This document shows, piece after piece, positions 59,894 to 64,000 of a stretch of DNA of 64,000 nt. Below the pieces are notes generated by a model. It had not been told where the DNA came from and did not search any database. It saw only the letters and a list, made by a program, of their open reading frames with translations. The stretch spans positions 745 through 64,744 of the forward strand of contig DATBNJ010000182.1 in assembly GCA_036554385.1 (NCBI GenBank), read 5' to 3'. The position numbers and the translations under genes are program-made. The DNA is from Marinagarivorans sp. Lineage in GTDB: Bacteria; Pseudomonadota; Gammaproteobacteria; Pseudomonadales; Cellvibrionaceae. The stretch's first letter is position 1; each line of letters opens with the position of its first letter.

Positions 59894-61651
59894 ATGGCCG
59901 ATACCTTTGCTAGGTGGGTGAAGCGCGTTGACAGCGCTATCGTCCACTTCCGACATTCACTGTCTTATATCGACGCCTTGCCACAGTTAACGTTTCTCGG
60001 CTTGGTGATAGGCCTGTTTACCGGGCTGATCATTGTGTGTTTTCGTCTCTGTATCGATTGGCCATTAAGCTATTTTATGCCAGGCGGCCCCGAGTCTTTC
60101 GAGCAACTAACTGCACATACCCGCACGGCAATGATTTTTAGCGGGGCTTTTGTGTTGTGGCTGTTTTTACGGGCAATGGGGCCGCAAGCATCGCAGGTAG
60201 GTGTTGGGCATGTCTTGCATCGGCTACACAATTTTCAGGGGCGACTGCCCAAACGAAACGCGTTTACACAGTTTTTTGGCGGCATAATTTGCCTGTTGAG
60301 CGGTTTTTCCGTGGGCCGAGAAGGGCCTGCGGTTCACTTGGGCGCGGGCTGCGCAAGCCAAGTGGGTAATTGGCTGCGGTTGCCTAATAATAGCCGTCAC
60401 ACTTTGGTGGGTTGTGGCGTGGCAGCGGCCATTTCCGCGTCGTTTGATACGCCGATGGCGGGGGTAATCTTCGCTATGGAGGTGATCGTTATGGAGTATA
60501 CGATCATTGGGTTTGTGCCTGTCATCATGGCTTCGGTAATGGGGGCGGTATTGAGCCAGGCGGTTTTTGCCGGTGCCGGTGATCTCGTTTTGGTGCGCGA
60601 TGATATGGAAAGCTTAATTGAGCTGCCGTTCATGGTGGCTTGTGGTCTTGTGATTGCCGTTAGTGCTGCACTTTTTATGCGTTTGAACATCGCCGCCATG
60701 CGCTTTCGGCATTGGCCACTATGGCAGCGCTTATTCTTGGCGGCGGTTATTACCAGTGCTGTCGCTTGGTGGCAGCCGGCGATAATGGGGTTAGGCTACG
60801 ACACCGTTCGACAGGCCATGGCTGGCGAGTTGGTTTTTGCAGCTTTAATTGTTATTTGCTTTAGCAAAATTGCCGTTAGTGCGTTTACCATCGGTTTAGG
60901 GTTGCCAGGTGGTGTAATTGGCCCGGCTTTGGTGAGCGGCGCCTGTCTAGGCGGCGCGTTGGGGTTGTTAGTGCCGGTGATGTACCCAAGCATTGCGATC
61001 GAACCAGCTTTTTACGTATTAATTGGCATGGCGGGAATGATGGCGGCGGTTATTAATGCTCCTCTTGCGGCCTTGGTGGCTGTTTTAGAGCTTAGCTATA
61101 ACCCGCACATTATCTTTCCTGCGATGTTGGTGATTGTGGTGGCCTGCGTGGCGACCCGTTACTTTTTTAACTTTGGTGGTATTTTTAACGAGCAGCTAAA
61201 GCACAGCGGGCGTCCGCTTAATCTCAAGCCCGCCCAGCAGGCATTGCGTCGAGCGGGCGTTAGAAGTGTTATGGATTCGGCGCTAGAAATCGTGCATCGT
61301 GAAATGGACTACGAGCAAGCCAAACAGGTGTTGGCCCGCAAACCTAGCTGGCTAGTCGTCGATGAGGCGCCAAAATATACCGCGCTAAAAGCGGCAAATT
61401 TAGCCACCTGGTTGGAGGATGCTCCCGTAGAGGTGCTTGCATTGGAAAAGAATATTGATCTTTTTGATATTCCCGCGCAACGCCTTATACTGGCGGCAAT
61501 ACACGAAGATGCGAGTTTGTGGGAAGCAGAGCAAACCATTAGCCAAGGGCAGTGCGATGCAGTCTATGTGGCTAAACCACACCACTCAGTACTCAGCGCC
61601 ATGCAAGGCATTGTTACGGCGGAGCACCTCGACAATTACTATCATTCATAG
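59894..61651 (+). CDS. CLC family anion channel/transporter with a C-terminal CBS-like region
   Basis: GREGP gating motif, GCGVAAAISASFDTPMAG, GLPGGVIGP, NAPLAALV. Confidence 0.9.
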   Translation: MADTFARWVKRVDSAIVHFRHSLSYIDALPQLTFLGLVIGLFTGLIIVCFRLCIDWPLSYFMPGGPESFEQLTAHTRTAMIFSGAFVLWLFLRAMGPQASQVGVGHVLHRLHNFQGRLPKRNAFTQFFGGIICLLSGFSVGREGPAVHLGAGCASQVGNWLRLPNNSRHTLVGCGVAAAISASFDTPMAGVIFAMEVIVMEYTIIGFVPVIMASVMGAVLSQAVFAGAGDLVLVRDDMESLIELPFMVACGLVIAVSAALFMRLNIAAMRFRHWPLWQRLFLAAVITSAVAWWQPAIMGLGYDTVRQAMAGELVFAALIVICFSKIAVSAFTIGLGLPGGVIGPALVSGACLGGALGLLVPVMYPSIAIEPAFYVLIGMAGMMAAVINAPLAALVAVLELSYNPHIIFPAMLVIVVACVATRYFFNFGGIFNEQLKHSGRPLNLKPAQQALRRAGVRSVMDSALEIVHREMDYEQAKQVLARKPSWLVVDEAPKYTALKAANLATWLEDAPVEVLALEKNIDLFDIPAQRLILAAIHEDASLWEAEQTISQGQCDAVYVAKPHHSVLSAMQGIVTAEHLDNYYHS

Positions 61652-61687
61652 CGCATGTCTGCGCGAATTTAAACTTTAGGAGTACGT

Positions 61688-62113
61688 ATGTTGTGGGTTA
61701 AAGCGTTTCATGTCATGTCGGTTGTTACTTGGTTTGCGGTGTTGTTTTATTTGCCGCGCTTATTTGTTTATCACGCTGCATGTGAAGACGCTCCGGGTAA
61801 AGAACGCTTTAAAATTATGGAGCGGAAGCTTTATCGTGGTATTGGTATACCTTCGATGATTGCGGTGTGGGTCTTGGGTGTTTGGCTGGCAACGTTTCAG
61901 TGGGACTACCTAAAAACGCAAGGCTGGTTTCATGCCAAGCTGACGCTTGTGTTTTTACTGACCGGTTACCACCATATGTGCGGTGCTTACGTGAAAAAGT
62001 TTGCGCGCGATGACTTTCAGCCCCCAAGCCATGTGTTTTTCCGGTGGTTTAATGAAGTGCCTGTCTTATTCCTTATTGCGATTGTTATTTTAGTTGTCGT
62101 GCGGCCCTTTTAA
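61688..62113 (+). CDS. hemJ: Protoporphyrinogen oxidase HemJ
   Basis: MLWVKAFHV, LFYLPRLFVYH, MERKL, WFHAKL, RWFNEVP. Confidence 0.95.
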   Translation: MLWVKAFHVMSVVTWFAVLFYLPRLFVYHAACEDAPGKERFKIMERKLYRGIGIPSMIAVWVLGVWLATFQWDYLKTQGWFHAKLTLVFLLTGYHHMCGAYVKKFARDDFQPPSHVFFRWFNEVPVLFLIAIVILVVVRPF

Positions 62114-63201
62114 GCGGGCTTAAGCTCAAAGCTTTGACTGGCTACGCGCTTGCCATTCACTTGGATGTGAACGCGTTGTTGGCCACTGTAATAGCGGCGT
62201 GTGGTGATGGTTTTAAATGAATAGCGCTTTGATAAAGTCACCACCTGCCCTTGGTCTGCCTCTAGTGTTTTTAATTTAAACACTTTGCTGTTGTGCTGGC
62301 CGTTAGCGCGTATAAAGTCGATGGCATAGTCAATAACGAGCTTCTGCTTTTTTTGGCTTATGAACGATACGCTAAATGCTAAGTCTCCTTCGGGTTTTAT
62401 CTTTTGTGACCGTAGCTTTAGCTCGACATGATTAATGCTGGCTTCGTGCGCGCCCAGTAACGCGAGGCTGCGGGGGTGGCCCTGCTTAATCAGCGTACGG
62501 CTGGCGTGGCGAATAATCCACTGTGTTTCTTTGCTGGCGTTGTTTTGCCAGGACTCTAGTCGGCTTAATACGGTTTCGGGGTGGTCCTTACTGATATCAT
62601 TGAAATTATTCGCCACGGATTTTCTAACGTATAGGCTTGGGTCGTTTTTGAGGGCTTCTAGGATTGGCAAAATGGGCGCAGGGTTTGCCACTAACGTCCG
62701 AAGCTTAATGCCCCAAGGGAGTCTCGGTCGGCACCCTTCGCTGGCCAGGCGGCGCACGTGTTCATTTGAGTGTGCCGCCCAAACGCCCAGTTGCTTGAAT
62801 GTTAGGTCCGGGTACTTTTCAATAAATGGGCGAATGGCAAATTCGGCGCTAAACAAAGGTGTTAGGTGCTCTAGGGCTTGGTAGGCGGGTAAGGGGTGTT
62901 TTATGCCGTGGACTGCCACGAAGTCAATAATCGGCCACGCCGCAAACCCGCGAAGAGCGGCTTCTGGGTTACCCGAGTCCCAGTGGTGGGGGAGTTCACA
63001 AAGCGCGGGCGCAATCGCTTTAAAATCTGGCAATTGAGTATGGATCGCCGCAATGATGTGGCTCACTCGGGCTTTAAGCGTTAGTTTTTCAAGCCCAGTG
63101 CACGCTTGCATCTTAAAGTTTTCACTGTCAAAGCTTTTGACCACAGCGGATAAGCCCGCCGCGATACGCTCTACAGCTTGCTGTGATAAGGCGTGTTTCA
63201 T
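62110..63201 (-). CDS. alkC: AlkC-type 3-methyladenine DNA glycosylase (HEAT-like repeats + C-terminal Ig-like domain)
   Basis: SAEFAIRPF and RRLASEGCRPRLPW (the two catalytic Glu motifs), YVRKSVAN..NDISKD.P, plus a beta-rich C-terminal domain of about 120 aa. Confidence 0.82.
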   Translation of the reverse strand: MKHALSQQAVERIAAGLSAVVKSFDSENFKMQACTGLEKLTLKARVSHIIAAIHTQLPDFKAIAPALCELPHHWDSGNPEAALRGFAAWPIIDFVAVHGIKHPLPAYQALEHLTPLFSAEFAIRPFIEKYPDLTFKQLGVWAAHSNEHVRRLASEGCRPRLPWGIKLRTLVANPAPILPILEALKNDPSLYVRKSVANNFNDISKDHPETVLSRLESWQNNASKETQWIIRHASRTLIKQGHPRSLALLGAHEASINHVELKLRSQKIKPEGDLAFSVSFISQKKQKLVIDYAIDFIRANGQHNSKVFKLKTLEADQGQVVTLSKRYSFKTITTRRYYSGQQRVHIQVNGKRVASQSFELKPA

Positions 63202-63257
63202 GGGCGTTCCTGCGCAGTTCTATTAAGAAATTGAATACGTGTGCCATGGTTGCAACG

Positions 63258-64000
63258 CTATTCTATATCCTCCAACTTTTTTAGCGCCAGTAAAAACTGT
63301 TTTTTTACCTTTAATCGCAGGCTGTTATCGGCGGAAATTTCATTCAGGGTTTGCTGTTCTAGGTTTTTAAAGCTGGCGATTTGACTGGCTTTTAAACCTT
63401 TTGAACGCGCGATATCTTGAATCTGGCCAAAGCCGCTGCTGACATTGGCTTTGGTGCGTTTATTTAATGTGTCAATAGCAATATCTACTTCATGGGCAAT
63501 TTTTTTGATCTCGTTAGTGCTTTCGTGAAGGGCTTTGCGTTGTTTTTTGTAAGCTTGGTCTGCGCGCATGCGCGCGATGATTTTGTCGGATGTTTGCAAT
63601 AGGTTAAGGATGGCATATTGCTTTTCGTTGGTGCTGGGCAGGGCATCGACGGTAATTAGCTTTCCCGAAATATGCACGTAGTGAAAACGTATGGATTTGC
63701 CGCCATCTTTCGAGTCTACTTCGTCAATGCGCATGTTTTTGATGAGGGTTTTTTCTTTGGCTTGGAGAAGCCCAGACGGGTCTATTTCTAACGACCGAGT
63801 GCCGAGGTTGATCAGCAGGCCGGAAAACCACCCTAAATCTCCCAAGGTTTGATAGATAGATAGGGATATATCCTCTATCGAGTTTGCATCGAGGCACTCG
63901 GAAATAAAAATCATAACGGTTTGGTTAAGATCCTGAATGTCTTTGGCTTCTGAGATTTCACCTTTAAGTAGGCTGATGGTTTGCTCCAAGCCGGCTAGAT
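63258..64000 (-). CDS. Partial gene (5' end outside the window); helical C-terminal region, possibly of a response regulator
   Basis: The frame stays open from the TTG at 63989 to the window edge (...LAGLEQTIS). The family guess is weak. Confidence 0.55.
   Translation of the reverse strand, partial: LAGLEQTISLLKGEISEAKDIQDLNQTVMIFISECLDANSIEDISLSIYQTLGDLGWFSGLLINLGTRSLEIDPSGLLQAKEKTLIKNMRIDEVDSKDGGKSIRFHYVHISGKLITVDALPSTNEKQYAILNLLQTSDKIIARMRADQAYKKQRKALHESTNEIKKIAHEVDIAIDTLNKRTKANVSSGFGQIQDIARSKGLKASQIASFKNLEQQTLNEISADNSLRLKVKKQFLLALKKLEDIE

Noticed and set aside
1-64000. CRISPR array, tRNA/rRNA genes, integrase, IS elements or a repeated REP family
   Set aside because: No regularly spaced repeats, cloverleaf or rRNA signatures, or transposase/integrase motifs were seen. 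The intergenic hairpins differ from each other in sequence. This was a by-eye scan, not a tool search.

Overview
A 64 kb chromosomal, mostly housekeeping window from a gammaproteobacterium. Gene order and protein styles are Pseudomonadales/Cellvibrionales-like; this is an inference and no species can be named. From left to right it contains: (1) a metG-rnfABC-mscS-rnfDGE operon; (2) clpB, tolC and several small or secreted hypothetical proteins; (3) a three-gene SMC/kleisin/KITE locus of the Wadjet JetABC/MksBEF type with no jetD/mksG nuclease gene beside it; (4) the conserved ruvX-yqgE-tonB-gshB / pilGHIJK-chpABC type IV pilus chemosensory cluster; (5) a xylose catabolic cluster (DUF4380-like gene, xylA, xylB, AraC regulator, sugar porter) whose xylA and xylB look Bacteroidetes-type; (6) lptM-lysA-dapF-DUF484 without the usual cyaY and xerC flanks; (7) a two-gene yjfI-pspA module and an orphan prepilin; (8) an acyl-CoA dehydrogenase, degQ, DUF2914, erpA (with an IscR box), bactofilin, DUF6776, argC, an atypical CLC, hemJ, alkC and a partial gene at the right edge. 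I found no tRNA, rRNA, CRISPR array, integrase or transposase. The best leads are the nuclease-less JetABC locus at a housekeeping site, a structured intergenic element just upstream of it, mscS plus a terminator inside the rnf operon, three helical repeats in the RnfC tail, a CLC lacking its central anion ligands, and two AraC-type tandem repeat sites. All family assignments come from recognising motifs by eye; no searches were run.
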